Counted from the first letter of the stretch, positions 1 to 11,146 are shown. The stretch is 64,000 nucleotides of DNA from an uncultured delta proteobacterium (GCA_963736855.1 CAVTQK010000021.1:352001-416000), one strand, 5' to 3'. Notes: generated by a model not told the origin, from the letters alone. A program made the numbers and translations.

Positions 1-1455
1 GCCCAGCGCTGGTCTGAAGGTAATTCAATGCCTTCTTTGGGGATTTTATTTTTAGCGGCTGTTTTGGAAAAACAAGGGATCGACGTCGATGTCGTACCCA
101 CCGACATTTTAAAGTTGCATTGGGATGATATTTCAAAAAGAATTGAATCGTTCGCTCCGGATCTTGTGGGCGTCACGACAACAACGGAAAATCGTTTTGA
201 CAGTTTTAAACTTGTTAAAACGGCTAAAGAAGTGAACCCAAATATCGTTACCATACTTGGCGGGCCCCATATTTCCATGGCCAAAGAGGATACCATCAAG
301 CACATTAAAGACACGGATATCCTTTGCATTGGAGAAGGCGAACAGACAATCCGTGAACTGACATCCGCGATTGAAAACAAAGAACCTTTGTCGAAAGTGA
401 AAGGAATTTATTATCGAGGAGAAGGAGGAAGGGCAATCTTCACAGGGCATCAGGAGGCAATTCACGATATCGATACACTGCCGTTTCCGGCAAGGCATCT
501 CATTCCAATGGAAAAATATAATTTTTTTGTTGAAACCAGGGATGGCAGGAAACGAAAAGCGCAAAACATCATCACATCCCGAGGGTGCCCATTCAACTGT
601 TACTTCTGTTCAACGCCCGTCAACTGGGGAAGAAAAATGCGAGGACACTCTCCGGAGCGGGTTATTAAAGAAATCGAACATTTGATTGACCGATATGGGG
701 CCGAATATATATGGTTTTACGATGATACACTGAATTACCACCCGGCAAGACTTCACAAGATCATGGATATGATCATCGAAAGAAAACTGGACATCAAATT
801 CACCGCCGAATTGCGAATCGATTTGGTCGATAAACCGCTTTTAGAGAAAATGAAGAAAGCGGGGCTTGAAATCGGATCATTCGGAATCGAAGCCGGAAAT
901 ACTCGGATACGGCAGGATGTGGTCAGAAAGAAATTCGATATAGAGCTCGCCTATCAGTTTTTAAACTGGTCCAAAGAACTCGATTTTATCCCCGGCCCAT
1001 TTTTTATTTTTTCTCACTATACGGAAACGTGGAGCGAAGCCAAAGAAACCGTTGAAATTATGGAAAAAGTAAAATCGATCAATCCGCTCGCAGATATCTC
1101 CAGCGCTATTTTGCACGTCTACCCAGGAACCTATCTCGAGACAATAGCAAAAAAGGAGAAGATCATTCCTTCCGATTTCTCTTGGGCAAAAGAAGAGGAT
1201 ATGAAGCGCGTTCATTCCCTTCCAGCGGCCCAGGGGCATGTTCCGCTGTTCAAGGATAAGCTCAACTGGTGGCAGATTGCCGATCTCGTAATGAGATGGT
1301 CATCTGCCAGCAATAAAAAAATATCGGGTTCAAAGATTAAAAGAACCCTGTCTTCTATAAAAAGCATCAAAGACGTCTTTATCAACATGGTATTTTTTAT
1401 CGTTTTTATAAAACATAAAACCAAGGCGTTCTTTTCAACGCCTAAGCATGCCTAA
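1..1455 (+). CDS. Cobalamin-binding radical SAM protein (class B methylase-like); probably 5'-truncated by window edge
   Basis: Frame open from base 1; B12-binding-like N-terminus (GGPHIS, GEGEQT); SRGCPFNCYFC CxxxCxxC motif. Confidence 0.85.
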   Translation, partial: AQRWSEGNSMPSLGILFLAAVLEKQGIDVDVVPTDILKLHWDDISKRIESFAPDLVGVTTTTENRFDSFKLVKTAKEVNPNIVTILGGPHISMAKEDTIKHIKDTDILCIGEGEQTIRELTSAIENKEPLSKVKGIYYRGEGGRAIFTGHQEAIHDIDTLPFPARHLIPMEKYNFFVETRDGRKRKAQNIITSRGCPFNCYFCSTPVNWGRKMRGHSPERVIKEIEHLIDRYGAEYIWFYDDTLNYHPARLHKIMDMIIERKLDIKFTAELRIDLVDKPLLEKMKKAGLEIGSFGIEAGNTRIRQDVVRKKFDIELAYQFLNWSKELDFIPGPFFIFSHYTETWSEAKETVEIMEKVKSINPLADISSAILHVYPGTYLETIAKKEKIIPSDFSWAKEEDMKRVHSLPAAQGHVPLFKDKLNWWQIADLVMRWSSASNKKISGSKIKRTLSSIKSIKDVFINMVFFIVFIKHKTKAFFSTPKHA

Positions 1456-2953
1456 ATGTCTGAAATCCATAGAGACGTTGACAAATGCTCCCGTGAAGAG
1501 TTCGACTTAATCATTGTCGGAGGGGGTGTTTATGGAATGATGCTGGCACTCGAATCGGGTTTCCGTAACAAACGCTCTTTATTATTGGAAAAAAACGACT
1601 TTGCCTCCGCAACAAGCTTCAATCACCTTCGAACGCTTCACGGCGGGTTGCGTTATCTTCAATCGATGGATTTGCCGAGGTTTTTTGAATCGGTTCGGGA
1701 ACGGCAATGGTTTTTTGTTCATTTTCCCGATTTCGTGAAGATCTTGCCGTGCATCATGCCGTTGTATGACAAAGGCGTCCGCAGGAAGTCGATTTTAAGA
1801 TTTGCACTCAAGCTGAATGACCGGTTGTCGAAAAAGAGAAATGTGTCGGTTGTTCCTGATAAACACCTGCCGGACGGGTATGTCCTCTCTGATAAAGAAG
1901 TAAAAGAAATTTTTCCCCAAGTCGATGGAAACGGTTTAAAGGGAGGGGCGGTATGGTTTGACGGAATGATAACAGAGCCGGAAAGGCTTTTGATGGAAAT
2001 TCTTCGGTGGTCGTGCGGCATGGGATCAAAAGCCCTCAATTATATTCATGCAACCGAGCTGATCCTTAACAGTGGCAGAACCACAGGAGTCAGGGCATAC
2101 GATAAACAATCCAAGCGTGAACTCGAATTCCAGGCTCCGGTCGTCATCAATGCTGCGGGGCCATGGAACAGGGAAGTTGCCGAAAAATTTGATAGAGATC
2201 ATCCGTCCCTTTTTGAATCATACCTGTTGCTGTGGAATATCTTGTTTAACAGAAAATCGATTTCAGATTTTTCGTTGGCCGTTGCCCCTCGAAAAGGGTC
2301 AGGCCACACGTATTTCATACACAACTGGAAGGGCAGACTTCTTGTGGGAACGGGAGAAGACGCTATTCCCGGACATTGCATCAACGGCCTCCCCACAGAT
2401 CGGCAGATTCAAATATTTATCGACGAAATCCATTCGGCAATCCCCTCGCTCTCACTCGAGAAGGAGGAAATCGATCGAGTATATTGCGGCGTTTTGCCAG
2501 CCGATAAACATCACAATCTCACGAAACGAGAAGTCATTTTAAACCATGAAATGCATGGTGGACCGAAAAATTTGTTCAGCATCTCGGGGATCAAATTCAC
2601 CACTTCTCGGTTGGTGGCGGAAAAAACACTTGATATGGTTTTTCCTGAGGAAAAAAAAGGAGCCCGTAGAAATGCTTCAGCGCCGACTATAAAAAGTACC
2701 AGCAAAAGAGGAGCATTTCCTTTTGACTGGAAACCTCTTGCCGGGTCAAAACCTGTGGCTTGATGATTTAAGATCGATTATTTGCGAAGAATCCGTTCTT
2801 CACTTGGATGACCTGATTTTTCGAAGAACGAATCTGGGTGAAAATATAAATCGCCTGCCGCATGTAATTCCTTCGATTCGCGGTCTCTTCCCGTGGGACG
2901 ACCCAACCTGGGAAGCCGAATTAAATCGACTTCACCTGCCTTTGAGCAACTAA
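1456..2953 (+). pseudogene. GlpD-like FAD-dependent oxidoreductase, split by a +1 frameshift near 2693-2760
   Basis: IIVGGGVYG FAD motif and HGGLRYL in 1456-2763; C-terminal EESVLHLDDLIFRRT motif lies in the +1 frame (2723-2953). Confidence 0.75.
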
Positions 2954-2982
2954 CCCAGAGATTCCTGTTCTTTTTTCTTTAT

Positions 2983-3954
2983 ATGAATCGAATTCAACGA
3001 TACGCCGCATTGGCTCGAATGGCGAATTACTTCTGGCGGAAAAAATCGATACTGCCCTATATGCCGATTCGTCTTTGGATCGAATCTACCAATTTGTGTA
3101 ATTTAAGATGCGTCATGTGCCTCAATAAATCAAAAGAAATCCAAAAAAAGGGATATATGGATTATCCTCTATTTAAAAAAATTATAGACGAGTCAAAAAC
3201 GTTTGTTCATAGCGTGAATCTGCATCATCGAGGCGAACCGCTGATGCATGAGGATCTGCCGAAAATGATCGAATACTGCAAGATGCATCGAATTTTCACC
3301 CAATTGCACACCAATGCAACGCTGCTGACCCGTCGAAAGTCGAAAGAGATCATCAGGTCCGGCCTTGATTTTCTTTCGTTTTCCATCGACGGATATGACA
3401 AGAAATCGTATGAACGGATTCGAGTCGGCGCGTGCTACGAACAGACGGTTGAAAATATCCGCGGTTTTTTGGAAATCAAAAAAAATCTAAAAAAAAAGAG
3501 ACCGCAGGTGGCCATCGAACTCATCGATTTTTTTGGTGAAAAAAAGTTACAAAACCACATGAGCCGCAATGCCTTCAAACGCATCGGCCCGGTCAGGTGG
3601 ATCATCAAAAAGCCGCATAACTGGGCCGGTGGGATAGGATCGGATCGGATCAGTGCGAATTCAAAACAGAAATCCGCATGTACGTTTCCATGGTATTCTC
3701 TTACGATTCTCTGGAACGGAACGGTTGTGACCTGCCCGCAGGATTTTTTTGGAGAAAATGTCGTTGGGGATGTATCCAGACAGAGCCTTAAGGTGATTTG
3801 GAATGGGGTGAAAATGATGGGTTATCGGGATCGTATGAGGGAAAACTTGTATTCCGATATCAGAACCTGCTCATCATGCGATCGTCTCAAACGCCGGCAT
3901 TTTCTAGGAATTCCCGGATCTCATTTGAAAGGGTTTTTCAAAGAAAATTTATAG
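2983..3954 (+). CDS. Radical SAM protein with SPASM/twitch domain
   Basis: CNLRCVMC, GEPL, HTNATLL, C-terminal CTFPW...TC...CSSC; ATG at 2983 chosen as start. Confidence 0.85.
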   Translation: MNRIQRYAALARMANYFWRKKSILPYMPIRLWIESTNLCNLRCVMCLNKSKEIQKKGYMDYPLFKKIIDESKTFVHSVNLHHRGEPLMHEDLPKMIEYCKMHRIFTQLHTNATLLTRRKSKEIIRSGLDFLSFSIDGYDKKSYERIRVGACYEQTVENIRGFLEIKKNLKKKRPQVAIELIDFFGEKKLQNHMSRNAFKRIGPVRWIIKKPHNWAGGIGSDRISANSKQKSACTFPWYSLTILWNGTVVTCPQDFFGENVVGDVSRQSLKVIWNGVKMMGYRDRMRENLYSDIRTCSSCDRLKRRHFLGIPGSHLKGFFKENL

Positions 3955-3965
3955 ACGGACATTTC

Positions 3966-4658
3966 ATGGCGCTTTTTCGACAAGGCCCGAAAACAAAAAT
4001 GCTCTATGGAGTGATTGCGTTTTCGGTCCTTTTTGTTGCCGGCTCCATATGGATATTAAAGGCAAAAAAAAGGGCTTATGTTGTAGTGTGTGCGGGGGAC
4101 AGCTTTACCGCAAGCGGATATCCGGAAAAACTGCAGAAAGAGTTTAATAGAACCGGGATGACGGCCATCGTTATCAACAGGGGTATCAATGGACATACTT
4201 CCGGAGAGTATTTAAATTTCATTAAGCGCAATGATATCTTTAAATTGGACAATCCGGATGCTGTTCTCTTGATGCTTGGGACAAACGACGTGAGGGTGGA
4301 TCGGGATTTCACAAAGACCGATGATTTTATTAAAAACATGGAGGAAATTATTTCACTTATCAAACGGTATCCGAACAACAAAGGAAAAACCCCGGATATT
4401 TTGATTTCGACAATCCTCCCGATTCCCGACAACCCGCCATCTACCTTCAATCAGCAATCGATTCAACGGGTAACAAATGAAATCAATCCGGCGATCGAAA
4501 CCATAGCCGAAAAGCATGCACTGATTCTGGTCGATAATTATCGGCTTTTTTCTGAACATATGAATCTTCTTTCAAATATCCATCCGACGCAAGAAGGGTA
4601 TGAACTCATGGCTGAAAACTGGTATCGTCATTTGGCAGGAGTATTCAAGGGGTTATAG
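3966..4658 (+). CDS. Membrane-anchored SGNH/GDSL hydrolase-fold protein
   Basis: N-terminal TM helix; GDSF, GING, LGTND blocks; block V SNIHP. Confidence 0.8.
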   Translation: MALFRQGPKTKMLYGVIAFSVLFVAGSIWILKAKKRAYVVVCAGDSFTASGYPEKLQKEFNRTGMTAIVINRGINGHTSGEYLNFIKRNDIFKLDNPDAVLLMLGTNDVRVDRDFTKTDDFIKNMEEIISLIKRYPNNKGKTPDILISTILPIPDNPPSTFNQQSIQRVTNEINPAIETIAEKHALILVDNYRLFSEHMNLLSNIHPTQEGYELMAENWYRHLAGVFKGL

Positions 4659-4741
4659 GAAATTCGATTTTCCAATATTAATTGAACGAGCGTTGAGTTA
4701 ATAGCGCGAGAGAGATCCTTCTAGAGAAACGGCGGCATTCA

Positions 4742-5713
4742 ATGAAATCAAACGTAAGAGGTAAGATGGCAAAAACAGGATGTGGCGTTGTTCTGATAGC
4801 CCTGTCTTGTCTATGTATTTTAAATTTTCAAATGAGTGGATTGGAAGTCTGGGGAGAACCCGGAAAAGAACCGATGCATGAGACGGAAAAACGCGACGCT
4901 TTTTCGGGTCTTCCAGGAAAAATCGTTTTTCAATCCAACAGGGATGGCGATGAAGAAATTTACACCATGAATCCGAAAGGAGAAGAGCTCGTTCAGCTGA
5001 CCTCAAATAAGGCATCTGACGGTTACCCGGTATGGTCTTGGGACGGAACCAGAATTGCTTTTGAGTCCAACCGGGACGGGTCTTTTCAGATTTATACGAT
5101 GGACAAGGAAGGAAAAAACCAGGTGAAAATCACCGGCGGTCCTTTTGAAAACCGATATCCCGCCTGGTCTCCGGATGGAAAAGCCATCGCCTATCAGTCA
5201 AAACGTAAAGGTAGAGAACAAATTTTTGTCATGGAACTTGAACATAAAAAGGAAAAAGCCTTAACCGATGCATGGTTTAAATGCGGTTTGCCGAATTGGT
5301 CTCCGGACGGAAAAACGATTGCCTTCACGGCCAATAAGCTTTTGGGATGGGGTGTGTATATCATGCAAAAAGACGGCTCGAATATTGTTGCGCTCGATAC
5401 GGAAGGGGGGAGTTGCAGGCCGAAATGGAGCAAGGACGGAACAATGATCGCATACGTATCACAAAAGGCGGATAAGAAAGGGGATATCTGGATCATGGGA
5501 CGGGGCGGTTCAGGAAAAAAAAGGCTTACCACCGATTCCGATAACTTTGATTATTATCCCTCATGGTCTTCGGACGGCAACTGGATTGTATATGCCAATA
5601 CTTCTCACAAAGAAAAAGGGAATTGGGAAATTCGTATCATCAATGTTGCAAGCGGTGAATCACGACAGATAACGAACCATCCTGCACAGGATGTTTATCC
5701 GGATTGGCGTTAG
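4742..5713 (+). CDS. TolB-like PD40-repeat beta-propeller, exported
   Basis: Repeated PxWSPDGxxIA(F/Y)xS units; hydrophobic N-terminus. Confidence 0.85.
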   Translation: MKSNVRGKMAKTGCGVVLIALSCLCILNFQMSGLEVWGEPGKEPMHETEKRDAFSGLPGKIVFQSNRDGDEEIYTMNPKGEELVQLTSNKASDGYPVWSWDGTRIAFESNRDGSFQIYTMDKEGKNQVKITGGPFENRYPAWSPDGKAIAYQSKRKGREQIFVMELEHKKEKALTDAWFKCGLPNWSPDGKTIAFTANKLLGWGVYIMQKDGSNIVALDTEGGSCRPKWSKDGTMIAYVSQKADKKGDIWIMGRGGSGKKRLTTDSDNFDYYPSWSSDGNWIVYANTSHKEKGNWEIRIINVASGESRQITNHPAQDVYPDWR

Positions 5714-5714
5714 C

Positions 5715-6740
5715 GTGGTTCAAACGAACAGGCGATTCGTCTATTTCGGATCAAGTGTTTTGATTTCGCTGCTGCTGGGAGGCTATCTTCTCTCTCAAAT
5801 CGACATCAAGGCTCTATCAACGACCTTCAGGAACCTGTACATTCCTTCGCTTTTGAGTTATTTATTCATGGCATCCTTTGGTGTTGTTTTTCGAACCTAT
5901 CGATATCATCTGTTGATTTCTTCGAATAAAATTCGATTTTATCATCTGATGCTGGTTACCCTGATAAGAAATTTATTTGTCGATCTTCTTCCCGCAAAAC
6001 TAGGCTCTCTTTCGTATGTATATCTCATTAACAGGCGATTCGGTTTTCCTTTTGAGATTGCGGCATCATCATTTTTGCTCGCGTTTATTTTTGATTTGAT
6101 CGTCCTTTTCCCGATATTTTTTATCGCGATTGCGATTGTCAGGAATGATTCGACGATATTTTTATCCGCCTTTTTCATCATCTTTCTGGTTTGTATATTT
6201 CTGCTATTGATGACCGTTCTATTATCGCTGCCCCGGATCATACGATTTGCGGCGAAACGTATCGATAACTTTTTTCACGTTCGGAATCGAAACCAATTAA
6301 AAATCAAACTCATGACGGAAAAAATTGAATTAATCGCCGCTGATATCGAAGTTTTGCAAACTCAGAGAGGAAAATACGTCAAAGTCGTTATCAGCTCGGT
6401 TTTCGTGAGAATTTGCAAATACGGGTCCCTATACTTTTTATTGCACAGCGTTTTAGCACATCTCAATTACTCTTTTGCCGATTTAAATTTTTGGAAAGTG
6501 TTTATCGGCATTTTGGGCGCCGAATTCTCTGCCCTTTTGCCGTTGCAGGGAATTGCGGGCATCGGGACGTGGGAATCCGCCTGGACATTGACTTTTAATC
6601 TGCTCGGACATCTGGATTCTCAAATTGCCATTGTATCCGGATTCAGCGTTCACTTGATTACACAACTCTTTGAATATTCTCTTGGAATCATCAGCATCAT
6701 CGTATTGTATTTACCGTTAAATAAAGGAGTAAACGCTTGA
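5715..6740 (+). CDS. Lysylphosphatidylglycerol-synthase TM-domain (flippase-like) membrane protein
   Basis: Multi-TM; RYHLL, LLPAKLG and LPLQGIAGIGTWE motifs; GTG start at 5715 assumed. Confidence 0.75.
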   Translation: MVQTNRRFVYFGSSVLISLLLGGYLLSQIDIKALSTTFRNLYIPSLLSYLFMASFGVVFRTYRYHLLISSNKIRFYHLMLVTLIRNLFVDLLPAKLGSLSYVYLINRRFGFPFEIAASSFLLAFIFDLIVLFPIFFIAIAIVRNDSTIFLSAFFIIFLVCIFLLLMTVLLSLPRIIRFAAKRIDNFFHVRNRNQLKIKLMTEKIELIAADIEVLQTQRGKYVKVVISSVFVRICKYGSLYFLLHSVLAHLNYSFADLNFWKVFIGILGAEFSALLPLQGIAGIGTWESAWTLTFNLLGHLDSQIAIVSGFSVHLITQLFEYSLGIISIIVLYLPLNKGVNA

Positions 6741-7576
6741 ATTCTCGGACGCTTGAATTCTCAACCCCTCTCTTCAAGCCATGGCAGCTTCAAGTTTTTG
6801 AAAGCTCTTTTAAAAAAAAGGAGAAGGTTCACGCGATCCTTGATTTTATCGAAAATACCAAAGATAAAAGGTGCCTTGAGATTGGATGCGAAAAAGGAAT
6901 AACAGGCTATTTTTTAAGAAAAATGGGTGGATTTTGGGTGAGCACCGATATCGATCGGAAAAACGTGTTCGTTACGAAAGAACTTATCAAAGAAAATATC
7001 GTATATTTTAAGGAAGATGCATTTCCCTTTTCAACGGGTTCGTTTGATTTAATCATCGCCGTTGATACGCTGGAACACATCGAAGACGACATGGCGTTTT
7101 TACGGGACCTGCATCGAATCCTTGCAAAAGACGGAATTCTATACATCTCGGTCCCGAGCAGCTATAACTCCTTAATATTGAACAAAGTTGCTCAAAAATG
7201 CGGTATGACCCTAGACTATTACGGACATAAACGGGAAGGATACTCCGTCGAAAATCTTGAAGATATGTTGGCAAGTGCCAGGTTTCAGATGACGAGATTT
7301 CGCTATTTTTCGAGGTTTTTTACAGAAGGCATCGAATTGCTGCTCAACTTTGGTTACATATTTTTATTAAATAAAGGGAAAAAATCAAAAGGAATCAAAG
7401 GGAGCATATCACCGTCCAGCGGTGAGGAATTTAAGAGACACTCATCCGCGTTTTCTTTTTATAAAAAAATATATCCGATTTTGAGGGTCATCAGCCGAAT
7501 CGATGCGTTTTTATCATCGACACGGGGATATGCTTTTATTTTAGAAGGAAAAAAAATGAATGAGAGTAAAGGATAG
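6737..7576 (+). CDS. Class I SAM-dependent methyltransferase
   Basis: CLEIGCEKG motif I; FDLIIAVDTLEHI; GILYISVP. Confidence 0.85.
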   Translation: MNSRTLEFSTPLFKPWQLQVFESSFKKKEKVHAILDFIENTKDKRCLEIGCEKGITGYFLRKMGGFWVSTDIDRKNVFVTKELIKENIVYFKEDAFPFSTGSFDLIIAVDTLEHIEDDMAFLRDLHRILAKDGILYISVPSSYNSLILNKVAQKCGMTLDYYGHKREGYSVENLEDMLASARFQMTRFRYFSRFFTEGIELLLNFGYIFLLNKGKKSKGIKGSISPSSGEEFKRHSSAFSFYKKIYPILRVISRIDAFLSSTRGYAFILEGKKMNESKG

Positions 7577-8558
7577 ATGATCCTCCTCACAGGCGCTACC
7601 GGGTTTATCGGAAGATCCCTTTGCAGTGAACTGGTCCGTAGGGGGCATAAGCTGCGGATACTGGTGAGAGATCCAAAGGCATATAATGAAGTCGAAAGGC
7701 CTGATTCGGTCCAGGTAGTCTACCGGCGATATTACCGATCTTTCATCCATTGAGTCCTTTATGGATGGAGCAAGGATTGTGTTTCATCTGGCTTCCATCA
7801 TCAACGCTCCAAGAGAACAGTATGATATCTACTGGAAAAATAATGTGTTCGGCACCTTCAATTTGCTCAAGGCGGCGCAAAAAGCAAAGCTGAAAAGGTT
7901 TGTATATTGCAGCAGTGTGGGCGTCATGGGGCATTTGAGAGAGGTCCCCGCAAATGAAGAAACGCCGTGCCATCCTGACAATCATTATGGAAAGTCAAAG
8001 TATGAGGCGGAAAACCTGGTCCGATCATTTGGTGCCAAGCATGGTATTCCGATATCGATCATCAGACCAAGCTGGACATACGGACCCAACGACAGACGGA
8101 CGTTAAAGTTGTTTTCGGCCGTTAAAAAAAGAAGATTTGTCATCATCGGAGACGGCCGAACGTTGGTTCATCCGGTGCATGTTACCGATGTGGTTCAGGG
8201 GATTCTCTGCTCCGCTTTTATGCAACAAAGCGTGAACGGAACATATATCATTGCGGGAAATGAAACCGTAACGCTTCGAAAATTGATGGATACCATTGCG
8301 GCACAATTAAACGTGAGGATCCCCAATTTTAGGTTACCGGTCTTGATTGCCGGAATTGCGGCGTTTTTCTTTGAAAAGCTTTATCTGCCTTTCGGAAAAA
8401 CCCCACCGATTTCGAAAAGACGTCTCGAATTTTTCTTAAAAGACCAGTCCTTTGAAATCACAAAAGCGATGAAAGAAATGGGTTATCGACCCAAAAAGAA
8501 CCTCAAAGAAGGGATGCGGGAAACCATCGAGTGGTATCATCGAAAGAACCTGATATGA
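7577..8558 (+). pseudogene. NAD-dependent epimerase/dehydratase (extended SDR) with +1 frameshift at about 7721-7724
   Basis: ATG 7577 reads MILLTGATGFIG (stop 7751-7753); the continuation GDITD...FHLAS...YGKSK is in the +1 frame. Confidence 0.85.
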
Positions 8559-9328
8559 AACAACGTGCTGCTGAAGAATGGAAACAAACGGAACTTCGAA
8601 GTCGGATTGTGAATCCGTCAGTTTCGCCATTTAAAAAGTATCAGTCATTTGTTTTAGGGGATGATCGACTTTCATTTCTGATAAAATTTGAAATCATTAC
8701 TTCTATTTTCGGATCGATTCCAGGAGCGGCTGGTTTGGCATTGCGAAAATATTTCTACCCACTGTTGTTTCAAAGAATCGGAAGCAATGTCATTTTTGGA
8801 AGAGATATCACCATCCGGCATCCTAAAAAAATTGTTATCGGAAGCAATGTGGTCATAGATGATCATTGCGTCATCGATGCCAAGGGAGAAAACAATACCG
8901 GAATCATTATCGGCGATAACGTATTTATCAGCCGTAATACCATCATCAGCTGCAAGGAAGGGGATATTCGAATCGGCAATGACGCGAATATCGGGACCAA
9001 CTGTTTGATACACTCCGAAACATCCCTTACGATCGGAAATTATGCCTTGATCGCGGCATACTGTTATATCGTTGCAGGAGGAAGTCATCACTTCGACAAT
9101 ACCGAAGTCCCCATTATTTTACAGCCTTCGATTTCAAAAGGAGGTGTCGTCATCAAAGACGATGTTTGGCTCGGCGCGGGAGTCAAGGTTTTGGACGGCT
9201 CATCGATCGATCAGGGGGTGATTGTCGGTGCGGGTGCCGTTGTCAACGGTAATATTCCCCCATATTCGGTTGCTGCCGGGATACCCGCCAAAGTAATTAA
9301 AAAAAGACGAATTTCTGAAAATGATTAG
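8555..9328 (+). CDS. Hexapeptide-repeat (left-handed beta-helix) acyltransferase
   Basis: IGSNVVI/IGDNVFI repeats; DVWLGAG...GAGAVV...AGIPAK. Confidence 0.9.
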   Translation: MKQRAAEEWKQTELRSRIVNPSVSPFKKYQSFVLGDDRLSFLIKFEIITSIFGSIPGAAGLALRKYFYPLLFQRIGSNVIFGRDITIRHPKKIVIGSNVVIDDHCVIDAKGENNTGIIIGDNVFISRNTIISCKEGDIRIGNDANIGTNCLIHSETSLTIGNYALIAAYCYIVAGGSHHFDNTEVPIILQPSISKGGVVIKDDVWLGAGVKVLDGSSIDQGVIVGAGAVVNGNIPPYSVAAGIPAKVIKKRRISEND

Positions 9329-10253
9329 AAAAAATATCCTGGTGATCCTGAAGACGCTTATCAGCATCGGACTGATCCTATATGCATTCCGTTCGACGGA
9401 TATCCGTGCCATATGGGATGCGGTAAGGTCGGCCGATCTTTTCCTTCTGATTTTAGCTTTTGGATTGATCGCGGTGGGATTTTATATCAGCGCTCTGCGA
9501 TGGCAAATCCTGTTGAAGGCACAGCATGTGGTTGTTTCCATCAAGGAGCTGACCAAATCCTACCTTGTAGGGGCATTTTTCAATAACTTCATGCCGACCA
9601 CCATCGGAGGAGACATTATACGAACCTATGACATATCGAAAATTTCCCGTTCGGCAGCCCAGTCCTTCACCGTCATTATCGTCGAGCGGCTTACCGGTGT
9701 GTTTGCATTGATCGTTTATTCATTCATCGGTTTGTTTTTGGGCTTTTCCAGATTCGGCAATATCCCCATGGTTTGGTTTTTCGGAGGCATTTTTCTGGTT
9801 ATCCTGATGGTGATGATCCTTATTGCCCGAAAACAGCATGGAAAAGAAATCGCGACGGAAAACCCCACTTTCTTTGAAAAAATGAATCTGAAGTTTATTC
9901 GAATGGTCGATACGCTCTATACTTATAAAGAAAATAAGTGGAGTCTTGTTCAGGCATTGATTTTGGCTTTTTTATTGCAATTCAATGTCATCTTTTACTT
10001 CTTCATCATCTCCTATGCCCTGGATATCCGTTCCTCATTTTATTATTTCATGATCATCATTCCGCTGGTTCACGTCATTCTGATGTTTCCGGTTTCAATC
10101 AACGGTATCGGGGTCAGGGAAAATGCGTTCATTTTTTTTTTAACGCAGATCGGGGTCAGTCCGGCCAGTTCAATTGCCTTGTCGCTGTTATCATTCGCCA
10201 TGGTTTTGGTATATGCCTGCATCGGAGGTATCGTTTATGCGGTCAGACGTTAG
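9321..10253 (+). CDS. Second LPG-synthase TM-domain (flippase-like) membrane protein
   Basis: RWQILL, FFNNFMPTTIGGD, PVSINGIGVRE motifs. Confidence 0.85.
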   Translation: MIRKNILVILKTLISIGLILYAFRSTDIRAIWDAVRSADLFLLILAFGLIAVGFYISALRWQILLKAQHVVVSIKELTKSYLVGAFFNNFMPTTIGGDIIRTYDISKISRSAAQSFTVIIVERLTGVFALIVYSFIGLFLGFSRFGNIPMVWFFGGIFLVILMVMILIARKQHGKEIATENPTFFEKMNLKFIRMVDTLYTYKENKWSLVQALILAFLLQFNVIFYFFIISYALDIRSSFYYFMIIIPLVHVILMFPVSINGIGVRENAFIFFLTQIGVSPASSIALSLLSFAMVLVYACIGGIVYAVRR

Positions 10254-10317
10254 CGGGATTTTCAAATTTCATTTTTAGATATAGGTCAACATTAAATTGC
10301 TTTAAACGAGTATTTAA

Positions 10318-11130
10318 ATGATGAGAAAAATAGTTTCTTGTTATGTGGTGGTCTGCTATTTAACCTTTTTTACGTTCTGGTTTTCCGGATGCCAAAAAAA
10401 GCCGGGCCAAACGATTTTAAATACTCCGCATAAAGTCGTGGACAGCTTTGGAAGCGAACGCGAGTACCGGCTATTTCTTCCCGCCGTTCGTAAAGAATTC
10501 CATGTTCCTCTCCTGGTCTATTTTCACGGTGTCCGTTCAGAATGCTTCAAACAGTTCCCAGGACTTCGGAATTACACCGGGAGCCCGGTGGAGGAAACCG
10601 GTCTGATAGAATTTTGCAAGAACAATAACATCGCTCTCCTTGTGCCTGAACCGGCTTATGAATATAAATTTCACAATTGCATGTGCAAGGGATGGTCTCC
10701 CTTCGACAAAGAGCTGGACGGCGTGGAAAAACTGATCGACCTCGTCATCGAGAAGTACCCCATATCGGAAAAGCGGATATTTTTAGCAGGATTATCGGCA
10801 GGCGCCGGCTTTTGCTTTCACCTCGCCAACCGAAGGCCGGACCGTTACAATTCGATTTTGTCGCATGGCCAGGGATCTATTTATGAGGATCTGAGGTATT
10901 TAATGCCATCACAGCCCGGACCGAAATTCGGAGTTTTACTGGCATATACAAAAGGGGATTATAAGAATTTGATAGAGATCTGCCTGAAAACGGAAAAAAT
11001 TTATCAGGAAGCCAATTATAAAGTAATGCTGTTAAAGGATCTTCCTCCTGAAAACCACCGATGGTCTGAAACCAGCAATGACCTTTTTTGGAAATATCTG
11101 AATGAATTGGGGCAATATACGGGGAAATGA
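10318..11130 (+). CDS. Alpha/beta-hydrolase (esterase-like) lipoprotein
   Basis: Lipobox FSGC; PLLVYFHG; GLSAG nucleophile elbow; C-terminal HRW. Confidence 0.75.
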   Translation: MMRKIVSCYVVVCYLTFFTFWFSGCQKKPGQTILNTPHKVVDSFGSEREYRLFLPAVRKEFHVPLLVYFHGVRSECFKQFPGLRNYTGSPVEETGLIEFCKNNNIALLVPEPAYEYKFHNCMCKGWSPFDKELDGVEKLIDLVIEKYPISEKRIFLAGLSAGAGFCFHLANRRPDRYNSILSHGQGSIYEDLRYLMPSQPGPKFGVLLAYTKGDYKNLIEICLKTEKIYQEANYKVMLLKDLPPENHRWSETSNDLFWKYLNELGQYTGK

Positions 11131-11146
11131 TATTTTCTGCATCCCG

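Noticed and set aside
2651..2658. A8 run as a slippage site for the GlpD-like frameshift
   Set aside because: The +1 frame has a TAA at 2690-2692, so a shift here cannot reach the C-terminal segment
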